DNA from: Mobula birostris
Lineage: Eukaryota
Assembly: GCF_030028105.1 (NCBI RefSeq)
Contig: NC_092401.1
Span: 7,784,984-7,848,983, forward strand
Length of the DNA: 64,000 nt
Reading direction: 5' to 3'
The notes under the pieces were generated by a model. It made no database searches. It was not told the origin of the DNA and worked only from the letters and a program-made list of their open reading frames with translations. Shown here piece after piece: positions 36,830 through 49,450 of this stretch. The translations under genes and the position numbers were made by a program. Positions within the stretch are counted from its first letter, which is position 1; each line of letters opens with the position of its first letter.

Positions 36830-37440
36830 GGACAGTCTCACCAACATTTCCTTGGACAATAAAGTACAGCAGCATCTCCATTTCCTGAGAAGATTGGGCA
36901 AGCTCGGCTTTCCATTTCCCACACCCCCACCCTGTCCCGCCGCCCCATGCTAAAATTTTTACAGGAACACCATTGAGAGTGTCCTGACCAGCTGCATATC
37001 TATCTGGTACGGGAATTGCAAGGCACCTGACCATAAGTCTGTACAAAGGATTGTAATGACTGCTGAAAGGGTCATTGGGGTCTCTCTTCCACCCATTAGA
37101 GATATTTATCAGAAGTGCTGTGTATGCAGGGCCCTTAGCATTGTCAATGATCCCTGCCATCCGTCCAACAGTCTCTATGACCCCTACCATCAGGCAGGAG
37201 TTACTGTAGCATTAAAACAGGGATTGTTAGGATGGGAGAGAGCTTCTTCCCCCAGGCCGTAAGATTACTGAACTCCCTGTCACCACCCAGGCCTCATCAG
37301 GTTTGAAGCACCAGTAGCATTGTACTGTTTATGTTTTAACTTGTGCTGTAAATGCACCTTGTTACTTGTGGTAATATTACTTTATGTGTAGTGTGTGAGT
37401 TTACTGTATGTGTACTGTGTTGTGCACCTTGCTCCAGAAG
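36830..37440 (+). mobile_element. L2/Rex1-Babar-type LINE 3' fragment
   Basis: accattgagagtgtcctgaccagctgcata...tggtacgggaattgcaagg and IVNDPCHPSNSLY. Confidence 0.7.
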
Positions 37441-37920
37441 GATGTTGGTTCATTTGGTGGTGTACACGTGTATGGTAAAATAACTTTACACTTGAGCACC
37501 ACTTGTTAGTGACATTCATTAAAGTTTGAAGAATTTTTTAATGAAGTTAGACTTAATATTAAAGAGTATTTCAAAGTTCTGAAGTCACCTGAAATGACAG
37601 TGAATGGAAAGAAAGGTGGGACAAGTACAAAATGCTGGAGGAACTCAGCAGGCCAGGCAGCACCTGTGGAAAAGAGCAAACATTCAACTTTTTGGGCCGA
37701 AATCCTTCTTCAGGACTGAGAAGTCAGAACGAGAAGTTGGGGGAGGGAAGGATGAAGTACAAGGTGGCAGGTGATGGGTGGAACTGGACAGGCAAGGAGA
37801 TCAGGTGAGAGAGGGAAACAAATATTCTATCTGGGTAACTTCCAACCTGATGGCATGACACAAGTATAATCTAGATTTGTAATTTGAATGAATTTTGTTA
37901 ACATGATTCTCCTTTGACAG

Positions 37921-38232
37921 ATCGAAACTTAAGCATTGTTCCACCTCCTGACGTGCTGGAAGTTAACAAACCATATCAGCTGGAGTGTACCGGCCCGAAG
38001 GTCTATCCAAAGAACAAACTCGTACTCACCTGGCTCAGAGGGAGTGAGACTATAGCAAATATTTCCACAGAGAAACCAGGTTTCCCAGATGATGGTCCAC
38101 TGAAGAACGTCCTTCATTTCAATGCAAGTATTTCAGACGATAGACTGGTGTACACCTGCTTGGCAGAGTTGATCTTGGACTCTGACACGACCAAATGGAT
38201 CGCAAATGCATCTGTGACTCTGCAAATGTACT
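37921..38232 (+). CDS. ICAM/VCAM-like gene exon 3: Ig domain 2
   Basis: cctttgacag|AT CGA ... ATG TAC T|gtgagt; YQLECTGPKVYPKNKLVLTWLRG...LVYTCLAEL; VYP motif as in VCAM-1 D2; 312 nt, phase 1-1. Confidence 0.92.
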
Positions 38233-38559
38233 GTGAGTTCCATTTTGAAATCGAACTACTACCCGCACCCCCCCGCCCCCGCTCCCCAACTCACCCCCTC
38301 CGGGTTTTGTTAAGAATAGGCAAAAATAAGCAATGAGTGGTCCTGTTTTAATAGCTTTCACACTTAGTTCTTGTTTTATCTGTTCTTGTTTATCTTGAAC
38401 TAAGGCTGAAAGTTTGCAACTTCAGAGAACCATGGAAGGAGAAGAGATTATTTGGCTGAAGATCATGAAACAATTCCAAACTCCTGCAAATTCTGCACTC
38501 TTACCTGAGACTCCCATGTCCCTCTTGGGGGTCAGTGCAGGCGGTGGTAATAGACAGAG

Positions 38560-39620
38560 TCATAGAAAAGTACAGCCCACCTAGTTTGTGCTGAACCATT
38601 TAATCTACCTGCTCCCATCAATCTGCATCAGCACCACAGCCCTCCATACCCCTACCATCCAGGTACCTACCCTAACTTCTCTTAAATGTTGAAATCGAGC
38701 TCACATGCACTGGCAGCTGGTTCCACATCCTCACAACCACCTGAGTGAAGTTTCCCCTCATGTTCTCCTTAAACTTTTCACCTTTCAACCTTAACCCATG
38801 ACCTCTAGTTGTAGTCCCACCCAACCTCAGTGGGAAAAGCCTGTTTGCATTTAACCTATCTATACCCCTCACAATTTTGTATAACTCTATGAAATCTCCT
38901 CTCAATCTTCACCATTCCAAGGAATTAAGTCCTACCTATTCAGTCTTTCCAGGTAACTCAGGTCCTGCGGTCCAGGGCAAAATCTTTGTAAATTTTATCT
39001 TTACTTTTTCAAGTTTATTTACATATTTCCAATAGGTAGATCATTAGATCATAAGATCATAAGATATAGGAGCAAAGGCAGGCCATTCAGCCCATCAAAT
39101 CTGCTCTACCATTTAATCATGGGCTGATCCAATTCTTCCAGTTACCCCCAAACCCTTGCGTTCACCCGATGACCAGAACTGCACACAATACTCCAAATTA
39201 GGCCTCACCAATGCCTTATAAAACTTCAACATAACAACCCATCTCCTGTACTCAATACTTTGATTTATGAAGGCAAATGTGCCTAAAGCTTTCTTTATGA
39301 CCATTCTTTAGGGATCAGCCCTTCTCTTGGACCAGTATGAGTGGAACAAAGTAGATTCAAAGGCTACAACACGGAATAGGCCCTCCCGACCTTTCGTGTC
39401 ACACTGCCTAGCAATCCACCATTTTAACCCGAGCCTAATCACACTACGATTTACAATGACCAGTTCACCCACAAACCAGTAAATCTTTGGACTGTGGGAG
39501 GAAATCCACATGGTCACAGGAACACGTACAAACTCCTTACAGGCAGCATCGGGAATTGAACATGGATCACCTGCACTGTAAAGCGTTGTGCTAACCACTA
39601 CACTACCGTGCCACTCCAAA
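38560..39620 (-). mobile_element. CR1 3' fragments (38560-39300) and a V-SINE (39330-39620)
   Basis: MRGDFIELYKIVRGIDRL; RPNLEYCVQFWS; SINE head ggcacggtagtgtagtggttagcacaacg on the minus strand. Confidence 0.75.
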
Positions 39621-39904
39621 CTAGCTGCTCACTGAGACCACACTCTTGATAAGTCAGTGAGCGTTTACTCCTGTATCACTGCCCATGGGAGGAACAAAGA
39701 GTTAGGTTTTTGGGATGCCTGAAGAGCAGGAAGAGTTCAGAGAAACAGCAAAGTATGGAACCTGCTGATACTGACATGGGTTTGATGAACTCCTGGTTGT
39801 GTATAGAGGCTTATAAAGATTTGGTCAGTTTTGCATCATTCCATCCGTATCTGAAACAGGCCAAGGCAAACCAATGTGCAGTGAATTTCTTGTGTGTATT
39901 GCAG

Positions 39905-40198
39905 CTTTTCCACAGCCTCCAAGGATCCTTAACAGAGACTCTGTAGAAGTAAATCAGGAGACCACATTGACGTGTGAGGTCTCAAATGTCTACCCTACTG
40001 AGAAGGTGAGATTAAGGTGGTTTCAGGATGGTGAGGAATGGAGTTCAGTTGCCAGTAGATCAAATCCCACCACAGTCCAGACAACAGCTACATGGACACC
40101 ACGAGAGACCGGTGTGACTGAACTCAACTGCATGGCAGATTTTGAGGACTATCCATCAGTTTCATCAAAGAATGATAGCATTACCATTGATGTGTATG
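39905..40198 (+). CDS. ICAM/VCAM-like gene exon 4: Ig domain 3
   Basis: gtattgcag|CT TTT CCA ... GTG TAT G|gtaagt; TTLTCEVSNVYPTEKVRLRWFQDG...ELNCMADF...ITIDVY; 294 nt, phase 1-1. Confidence 0.92.
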
Positions 40199-43100
40199 GT
40201 AAGTATGCTGGATAATTAAGGACTTTGACAAGGCAGTAACCTTTTAGTTTCCTACCTGCTCTGAGACGGCCAATCAGGCAGCAATACGGAACAGATTCTC
40301 AGTCAATCGGTATTTGAAACAAAAATCAATAGGCATATAGGGAAAAAGGAATATAGGCTTTAAGGGAGGGAGTTGGGTGGTCTGATGTTATTGTTCCTGT
40401 TTTTTTCCATGAGGGAGGGTTTGTAGGCAGTAAAGAAAGTTCTCAGTAACTGCAGGGACATCCTGGTTATCTAAGAGAGTGGGCCGAGGGCTGGTCAATG
40501 GTGTTCAATCCTGATCCGTTTGAGGGTGGGGCTCATACAATGAATGGAACCACCCTGGCGAGTGTAGTGGAACAAGTATTGAACAGGCAGGGACTGCCAA
40601 AGAGTCACCTTCATAGACATAGATACGTAGTCACATGTGAGTAGTTGGGTGGTGCAGGCTCGTAGACCCCGAATGGCCTGTAACCATACTATATTTCTAA
40701 ATAAAATAAAATTATATCCTTGAATCATTACAACAGAGGCCATTCTGCCCATCAAGACCTTCCCTGCTCATTTCAAATTAATCCATTTAGCTCCATTAGC
40801 CTTCCAGCCTACTTTCCCTTGAGCCCATCCTTCAGCCTGATTGATTCTGCTCCCTCAGCCTTCAGGAAGAGAGTTCCACCTCACAAACACACTCCACACG
40901 AACGGGTTCTGCTCAACTCCCCACGGTTGCCGGGCACTCTGACTCGAGGGACTTCGAACCATCCACTGACAGGGTCACCTGATCACTATTTGCTCTGTCT
41001 AAACCCGAACCAAGTCAAATCATCTTCAATTCAGTTCAAGTTTAATTGTCATTCAACCATAGATGAATACAGGCAAACGAGAGAGCATTAATAATGGGGT
41101 CAAGGTGCTAAAACACATTACCAACAGTCACACACAAGAACACATTCGCGGAATGAAAGAGTCCAGTTTTGCTTCCCACCTGGAATCACCGCGGTTTGAT
41201 GCCCAGTTCTTGCATATACAGATCAACAAATCCATATAGAACATCACTAAATTACAACGACACAGATTATACACCTGTATAGTCCAGACCCCGAGTCACT
41301 GTGATCATCTCTCAACTGGCCCTGATGCCAAACAGCCGCTCCGCCATATGTGGCACAGAGGCCCAGTCCTCAGAAATACAGGAATATATCGAATAATAAT
41401 AACACAAGCAGACAAATCTATATGCATATAGTCCAGACCCCTCAGTTCAAATGGAATCTTCAGTCAACCACAACAGCGCTGTGCTGCTCACGGTAGAGCA
41501 TGACGGCTCGGACGCCTCACCCCCCCCCCCCCCCGGCGGCGGAAAAGCAAGTGACCCCGCAGCGTGAGGCCCAAGTTCATTCAGTGGCCCCTCTGACTCC
41601 CCGTGACCTCTCTGACACCCTTCCCATGACCCCTGTCTGAACCCCCCGCACTCCTTCTCTGCCTCCCTGTGCCCTCTCTGAATTCCGTCCTGCAACCCCT
41701 CTCTGCCCCATCCTGTGACCCCTCTGTAACCCCCACCTCCAACGACTCCATTTCCTGACCTACCCCCTTCTCCCCTCACCCTTCCCAACTAAAATGTTGC
41801 ATGTCTCATGTTCCCACTCATCAAAGACATGTGCCCTCGTGTTCAAAGTTCAGAGTAAATTTACTATCAGAGTTCATACATGTCACCACATAGAACCCTG
41901 AGATCATTTGCCTCTGGGCATCTTCAGCAAATCCACAGAATAGTAACCATAACAGGATCAATCAGATGTCAATGAACTGTGCAAATACAAATTGAAATAA
42001 ATAGCAATAAGTAACCAGTTCAAGTTCAAAGTACATTTATTAACAAAGAATGTATAAATTATACAACCTTCAGACTGGTTTGCCCACATGCAGCCACACA
42101 GCAAGAAAACCGAAAGAACCCAATTAAAGAAGATAAAAATAAAAGTCCAGCACCTAATGTGCAAGAGAAAGGGGGAGAGAGGGGACACAAATCATGCAAA
42201 CAATTGAAGCAAGCAACAATATTTCCAACTAAATTGAGTCCTTAGACCCAAACCCTGGAGTAGGCTAGAGTGAGCCCAAAGCCTCACTTATCAGATAATG
42301 AGATAAAGAGTCCTTAAAGTGAGATCACTGGTTGTGGAACATCTCAATGGATGGGCAAGTCAGTGTAGTTATCCACTTGGTAGTTAATCCCCAACTCTGG
42401 TGGCGGGGGGGAGGAAATTGAGCACATTTACCCAGCCTATGCCCCTTATGATTTTATACACCTTTATAAGATCAGCTCTCAGTCTCATACACTCCAGATA
42501 ATACAGTCCGAGGCTGTCCATCATGTCCCTGTGACTCAGTTTAACAGGATTTTTCAAGGAGCAAATGAAGAGGTGTGGGTGCACTGGGACACTTCAGAAA
42601 CAAAAAACACAAAATGTTGGCAACACACAAGTCAGTCCAAATTAACAGTTCAGATCGATGACTCTTTGTCAGGCACTTCTGGGGACCTCAGCTTGGCTAT
42701 GCTGGATGTTCCAGAGAACATGGAGTGGGGAGAGGTTCGAGGGAATAAGAGATCCTGAACCAAGTCCAGGATGGGTTCTGATACCTGCCCAAAACTTCTA
42801 GAAGGTGGTATCTGATTTCTAAATGACATTGAACCCATGAACACTACCTCACTACTTTTGGTTCTACACTACTTATTTTAACTATTTAGTAGACATATAA
42901 ATAAATATATATACTTGGTGTAAATCAGCTATGTTCCTTTATAATTATTGGTAATCTGCTTCATTGTTCTGCTGCCGTTAAGGTTAACAAATCGTCATTG
43001 AGCTGTACCGGTGGTATTAAATCTGATCTGTAACTTTTCACCTTTCCTTTCTGTTGCTATTTCCAAGGTGGGAGTATTGGAATTATACAATTTCTACCAA

Positions 43101-43419
43101 TATTGAAATAATAATGCTCATTTTCTCTCCTTTGAGGATCTCAGGGAATGAATGGGCTCAGTGTAGGGAGGTTTAAAAGAGGTGAAGCTCAATATCAAAA
43201 TGCATGATGCACTGCCACCTTGTGGGATCACTATGAACTGCAGGCTTCCTCAGCTCTCCTCAAAAGCACGAAGTTCCCAATGCTCAGCAGGCATTAATGC
43301 TGTAATGCACAACTTTCACTGTTCTAAATGTGAACCACTGCCAACTACAGGCATGAAGCTTACTGTTGTTAACCCCTGACAGAGTTGAGGAAATTATTCA
43401 GTAGATGACAAAGTCATCA

Positions 43420-43750
43420 CCCTAACACAGTGGTGTCAAGGGAACAACCTCTCCCTCAATGTCACAAAAACAAAGGAAACAATTGTGGACTACAGAAGGA
43501 ACGGAGACAGGCTAACCCCTATAGACATCAATGGATCTGGGCTGAGAGGGTGACGAGCTTTAAGTTCCTCGGCATAAAGAGCACAGAGGATCTCACGTGG
43601 TCTGTACATACCAGCTGTGTGGTGAGAAAGACACACGGGCACCGCTTTCATCTCAGACGGTTGAAGAAATTTGGTGTGGACCCCCAAATCATACAAACTT
43701 TCAATAGGGGTACAACTGAGAGCATCCTGACTGGCTGCATCACTACCTGG
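43420..43750 (+). mobile_element. L2/Rex1-Babar-type LINE fragment
   Basis: cagtggtgtcaagggaacaacctctccctcaatgtcacaaaaacaaagg (WC..NNLSLNV.KTK); SFKFLGI..TEDLTWS. Confidence 0.75.
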
Positions 43751-44269
43751 TTTAAGCTGAGAGGGGGGGAGATGAAATAGGAACTTGAGGAGCACCTTTT
43801 TCACCGAGAGGGTATATGGAATAAGCTACTAGATGAAAAAGATTCAAAGGTTTATTTATTATCACAGAATGTACGCACTATATAACTCTGAGACTCATCT
43901 TCTCCAGATAGCCAGGAAACAAAGAAAAATATGGAAGCTATTCAAGCCCCTCCCCCACAAAATAATTCATAAATCATGGCAAATTTCAATGACAATGGCA
44001 ATGAGCATCAAATCTCTCCCCCCACGCAGAAAAACAAATCTATTCATTGTGAGAACATCAAACCCCACCCCTCGTGCAAAGAAAACTTACAAATCCAGCC
44101 AAATTTAAATCGCACAGTGGCAACAAGAGTATCAAACTTCAAAATTAACTCACTCTTATGGCAAAAAGAAAGAATGTGCAAAAACACAGATTGTAAAAGC
44201 CATAAAACTGCAAAAGAGTCCATAAATCACAGTGCTTCGGTAACTAGGTTGATAACATTTAAAAAACCA

Positions 44270-45300
44270 TAGCCATAGGAACAGAATTAGGCCATTTGGC
44301 CCATTTGGCTCCGTCATTTCATCATGGCTGATCCATTTTGCCTCTCAGCCTCAATCTCCTGCCTTCTCCCCGTATCCCTTCATGCCGCAACTAATCAAGA
44401 ATCTATCAACCTTCGCCTTAAGTATACCCAGTGACTTGGCCTCCACAACTGTCTGTGGCAACAAATTCAACAGATTCACCTCTCTCTGGCTGAAGAAGTT
44501 CTTCCTTATCTCCATTCGAAAAGGACACCCCTCTATTCTGTGGCTGTGTCCTCTGGCCCTGGACTCTGCCACTCTCCTCTCCAAATCCACTCTATCGAGA
44601 CTGTTCAACATACGTTGGGTTTCAATGAGATTCCCCTCATCTTACTGAACTCCAGTGAGTTCAGACCCAGACCCATCAAAGCTCCTCATCTGACAAGCCT
44701 TTCAACGCAGGAATCATTTTCGTGAACCTCCTTTGTAACTTCTCCAGTTTCAGTACATCCTTTCTCAGATAAGGGGCCTAAAACTGCTCATAATACTCCG
44801 TGAGGTCTCACCAGTGCTTCGTAAAGCCTTAACATTACCTCTTTGCTTTTATATTTGAGTCCTCTCAAAATGGTCTGAAAGGCACTTGGGCAGGTCCATG
44901 GATAGGAAAGGTTTAATCACATTTAGATCAAACATGAGCATGTAAGTGACATTGACTATGGAATGATTGTTGGTGCCAGACAGTGTGGTTTGAGTATCTC
45001 AAGCTGCCAACCTCCAGAGATTTTCATGCACAAGGAGTTGCAGAGATTGGTGCAAAAAACAAAACCTATCCAGTAGGTGGTGCTTCAGTGGTCAAAATCA
45101 CCTTGTTAACAGGAGAGTGCCAGACTGGTTCAAGCTGACAGGAAAGTGACAGGAACTCAAATAACCAGGTGTTACAACAGTGGTGTGCAGAAGAGCATCT
45201 CTGAATGCACAACATGTTGAAATGTGAAGAGGACGGGCTACAGCAGCAGAATACCATAGAAGGTCTTCAGGTATACCTAATAAAGTGGCCACTGAGTGTG
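44270..45300. mobile_element. CR1 3' fragment (-, 44270-44870) and Tc1-derived MITE (44940-45300)
   Basis: RMEIRKNFFSQREVNL; terminal cctaataaagtggccactgagtg. Confidence 0.7.
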
Positions 45301-45455
45301 TTTGACTTGCTGTGCTTGGTGGTAGCACAGGCTATTAAAGTAAAAGTCTCTCTTACTCTGAGAAGTGGAACTTGGTCAGCACCAAATATCACCAAGAAAT
45401 GATTCTGTGCTCTTAACTTTCAGCTTTTAATTTCTATTTCCAACCAACTTTACAG

Positions 45456-45700
45456 ATTCTCCAAGGAAAGCACAGATCTCGGGAAAGCAGGACTGGATTG
45501 AAGGGAAATCCCAGATTTTAACCTGTCGCGCAGATGCCAACCCAGTTCCGGAGGTGCGCTGGATCAAAGATGGAAAAACAATCAGTAGTGGTGAGACACT
45601 GCACATTCCCTCAGTCCAACTGGGAGACAGTGGTCAGTACATGTGCAGAGTCCGCAATGATATCGGTTCCACCAACTCCTCTCATCGTGCTTTTGAATAA
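45456..45700 (+). CDS. ICAM/VCAM-like gene exon 5: Ig domain 4, ending in a premature TAA with no canonical phase-1 donor
   Basis: aactttacag|AT TCT CCA ... ILTCRADANPVPEVRWIKDG...GDSGQYMCRVRNDIGSTNSS-HRAFE*(45698-45700). Both Ig cysteines and the Trp are intact. Confidence 0.85.
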
Positions 45701-46429
45701 GTATAGGAAGTTTCTTTGTGGAATAGACCATAAGACCATAAGACATGGGAGCAGAATAAGTTGCTTTATTCCCTGTCTGTACAATATCATTACACAGTCA
45801 GATCAAAAACAGAAGCAAAATATGCCCAGGGCACAAGGGTGAATTCTGTTCCTCTTCAGAATGGCAACTCTACAAAATGGAACTTCAGCTTAATGTCTGA
45901 GTTAAAGGACAGCACTGTGCCAATGTGCGACCTCCTGAGAACATCACTGTAAAGTCAGCCGAAATGAGGGGTGACAAACCCTTTTGGGGTCGTCTGTCTA
46001 AACTGGTGATGACCTTCTGAAAAATGTCTGTTGGGTGCCATGGTAATTTTGTGCTGAGATTATCAGGGATCAATTTCATTCACCATATACACAATATGGA
46101 TTTGGAATTTGCTCTGGTGTGTTGGTGAGTGAGTGACTGTGACAAAATACAACAACATTCAACACTACAAGAGAATAATATCAAAGATAAAGTTTAAAGC
46201 ATGAATGTGGAATAAAACATGCATAAATATTTAAATACAATCATGGATTTACAACGTGAACAGCATTATCAAAAATGGCTTAAAGTGTTTTCAGTGCAGT
46301 GACGTGATGGGGTTAATAGATATCATTGATTACTAAATCAGTTAAAATAGTTATGAACTCTACGAAAGAAAAAGGATGAGTCCTATTTTCTAGAGTCAAT
46401 ACCTTTATTTATGACTGGGACTTTATTAC

Positions 46430-47885
46430 TCTGTAGATAGAAGGTTGAGAAGAGATTGTATGGAGGAATCCAAAGTTATGAAGGGTCAATAGGGTAAATG
46501 CAAGCAGGCTTTTTCCACTGAAGTTGGAGTGATTACAACCAGAGGTCATGGGTTAGACGTAAAAGGTGAGGTTTAATGCAAACATGAGGGGAACTTTCTT
46601 CACTTAGAGGGACGTGATGGTGTGGATCAAGCTGCCAGCACAAGTGATGTTTACAAGCTCGACTTCAATGTTTATGCAAAGTTTGGATCAGTTCATGGAT
46701 GGTAGGGATATGGAGGGCTATGGTCCTGGTGCAGGTCAATGGGAGAAGGCTGTTTACAAAGTTTTGGCATGGACTAGATGGACCGAAGGGCCTGTTCCTG
46801 TGCTGTACTTTTCTCTGACTCTATTACAATGTGTAATTGTTATTTACACATAAGTAACAATTTGTGCATTCATTAAGTTACTATTAGTAAAAGTATAACA
46901 GAGACAGATTGAAATAAATGAAAAAACTCAAAGGAATCAAGGGGCATTGCTGCATGCCAACAAAGTTTCTGCCTGTGCCATCCTGGGCACACATGCCATA
47001 GGTTCACCACCACTCCGGCCTCGATATTGTGCTCCAGTCTCTGGCGTACAACTTCAATCCAGAACGGTTTGAAACAAGACTGGTGGTGCTCCCATGAGCC
47101 ACAGTGGACACAGTGAGTTAGTGCTGAGATACTTCACCTCGTGGCATGAATGAGGGTTGGTGTTTCCTGGAGAAAACTGTGGCCTGGTGGTGAATCACAC
47201 CCCCACCCCCTACCAGAGAAGCAGACAGTGGGACTGCTCCCTGCACAAGGCTCTCTTAAAATGCTTCTGGTTAAAAGGAGCTCATGCGGCTCAAAAGAAT
47301 CTGTTGTTTCTCAGCCTGACGACAATGAGAGTTCTGGGCTCATCGCAGAGAGAGATGGTTTGTTTACTGAGAGTGAACTCTGGATTGAAGGCTCTCAGGA
47401 CTTTGACCACAGCTGCTCTGAAGTGAGCTCAGCACACAGTCAAATTCGATTTTCCAGCCTTTTGGAGTCACAGTGTAGTGATGTCCAGTCGCCTCATTAT
47501 AGGAAAGATGAAGAAGTTTTAGAAATGGTGCAGGGGAGATTTACCAGGACGCTGCCTGGATTAGAGAGCATATCTTCTGTGGAAAGGTTGAGTGAGCTCT
47601 TTGGAGCCAAGGAGGATGATTGCGTAAGATTGTAAGAGGCGTAGGAACAGTGGACAGCCAGCGCCTAATTCCCCGGCAGGTAATGGCTGTAGCAGAGGAC
47701 ATCCTTTTATGATGAGCCACGGAGTCAGAGGCAAGTTTTTACATAGGCACGTAAATGAAAGAAGAATGGAGGACGATGGGCTGTGTAGGAGGGAGGGGTT
47801 GGGTTGTCGATGGAATAGGTTTATAAAGGTCGGTACAACATCATGGGACAAAGGGCCCACCCCGTGCTGTACTGTTCTATGTCCT
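46430..47885 (+). mobile_element. Two CR1 3' fragments (46430-46830, 47460-47885)
   Basis: accagaggtcatgggtta; PHYRKDEEVLEMVQGRFTRTLPGLES; tails ending ctgtgctgtact. Confidence 0.7.
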
Positions 47886-47919
47886 ATGGGAGGGGCTGGT
47901 TAATTTCACTCTTTTCCAG

Positions 47920-48201
47920 ATAAACCACAAAACACAACTATATCAGTAAATAACAAAACCACGTCCAGGTTTTCAGTCTTCATCAGAGTAGATGATGAAG
48001 TTACAATCACCTGTCACTCCAGTGGAAACCCCCAGGTAACAATGAAGTTGGAAAGATCCGGTCAGGGAGTCACAGGGGAAACTGACCTTCCTGGGATTCT
48101 CCACATTTCCCAGGCAACATCAGAACATCAAGGAATTTACAAGTGTAGAGCCAGCAATAAATTTGGAACGGATGAGGAGCAAGTGGAAATCAAGATGGAA
48201 G
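47920..48201 (+). CDS. ICAM/VCAM-like gene exon 6: Ig domain 5 (not in the ORF track)
   Basis: cttttccag|AT AAA CCA CAA AAC ACA ... ATG GAA G|gtcagt; DKPQNTTI...VTITCHSSGNP...HQGIYKCRASNKFGTDEEQVEIKME; 282 nt, open, phase 1-1. Confidence 0.9.
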
Positions 48202-48640
48202 GTCAGTAAGTTACCTTTGTCGCAGTGCATGGATGAGAAAATAAATAACCCTTTCAGAGCCGAGATATCATCCCTGTGTGATCACAAGTAAATGCTGAGA
48301 GTTATGACATGCCCACGATAAACAAAGGTGTACGATCTCTCTCTATATCAGACTGTGTGTGGCTTGTCGGATGGTACACCTGCCTCGAGTCGGGAGATTG
48401 GCGGTTCAATCCCTCTTGAGTAATTTGGGCATTAAAACCAGGCTAGTGTCCTGAGCAGTACTGAGAAAGCAGTCTCAGACACACCAGCTGTCATATGGGG
48501 TGTTAAACTGAGCTTCTGTCTGATTCCTGAGATTGACATCCTGTTATTCATTACTTTCCCCTATTTCTCTGCACACTAACAGCAAAGGAGCAAATGGGCA
48601 AACACGAGAAAGTCTGCAGATGCTGGAAATCCAAAGCAAC

Positions 48641-48839
48641 AACACAAAGTGCTGGATGAACCCAGCAGGCCAGGCAGCATCTGTGGAAAAGAATAAGCAG
48701 TCGATGTTTCAGGCTGAGACTCTTCATCAGGTCCCTTCGTGAGTCCTGCTGAAGGGTCTCGGTCCGAAACATCGACTGTTTACTCTTTTCCACAGATTCT
48801 GCCTGGCCTGCTGGGTTCCTCCCGCATTTTGTGTGTGTT
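48641..48839. repeat. Palindromic dimer of Penelope/hammerhead tails (arms 48641-48731 and 48745-48839, 13-nt spacer)
   Basis: Reverse complement of the left arm (cctgatgaagagtctcagcctgaaacatcgactgcttattcttttccacagatgctgcctggcctgctgggttc) closely matches the right arm (cctgctgaagggtctcggtccgaaacatcgactgtttactcttttccacagattctgcctggcctgctgggttc). Confidence 0.9.
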
Positions 48840-49317
48840 GAAATGGGCAAACTACCTTTAAGGGTAATGAAGACAGAAAATGTTGGGATACTCTGCAGGT
48901 ACAGCAGCATCTTGGAAGAGAGGAACAGAGCTTCAAGTTGGATCTAATGAAAGGTCATTGGTCTGAAAGGTTAACCCTGTTTACTGCTAAGTATTCCCAC
49001 TATTGTGTTTTTATTTCACATTTCCAGCATCTGCAGTGTTTTGCTTTGAGATCTCTGCCTCAAACAGTGCTGCTTTGTAAACGGCCTCTTGGCTGTTCAT
49101 ACCAGTGGCCCCAGCAGCTGTTTCTCCAATCCCTCTATGTTTGCTCGGAGTGCCCAGGCAGTTCCTACAGGAGGCGGGTTAAGGTCTGTGGTGCTGACTG
49201 TGGTTTAAGTGCTTTTAAATGTTCTTGATCTGGTGGTTCATTCATTTATAGATTATTGTCTGGGTGAGAGTGTTACTCTTGAGGTTCCTATAAAATCTCT
49301 CCCCTCTCACCGTAGCT

Positions 49318-49450
49318 AGCTGGTGGTGTAGTGGCATCAGCATTGGACTTTGGGACGGAAGGTCCCAAGTTTGAATCCAGCCGGCTCCTGTGCACACTTT
49401 CCATCCTTGCTGGGTTGAATGTTGAGCTAGCAAGTCGGCCTCGTAAAAAA
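49318..49450 (+). mobile_element. tRNA-derived SINE
   Basis: A box tggtgtagtgg, B box gtttgaatcc, non-tRNA body and A-tail. Confidence 0.75.

Noticed and set aside
47150-47635. 161-aa ORF in intron 5
   Set aside because: The C-terminal third is CR1 (SPHYRKD...RFTRTLPGLES); the rest has no recognisable domain or splice signals.
49318-49390. tRNA-like sequence
   Set aside because: A and B boxes are present but no full cloverleaf; it continues into a SINE body and A-tail.
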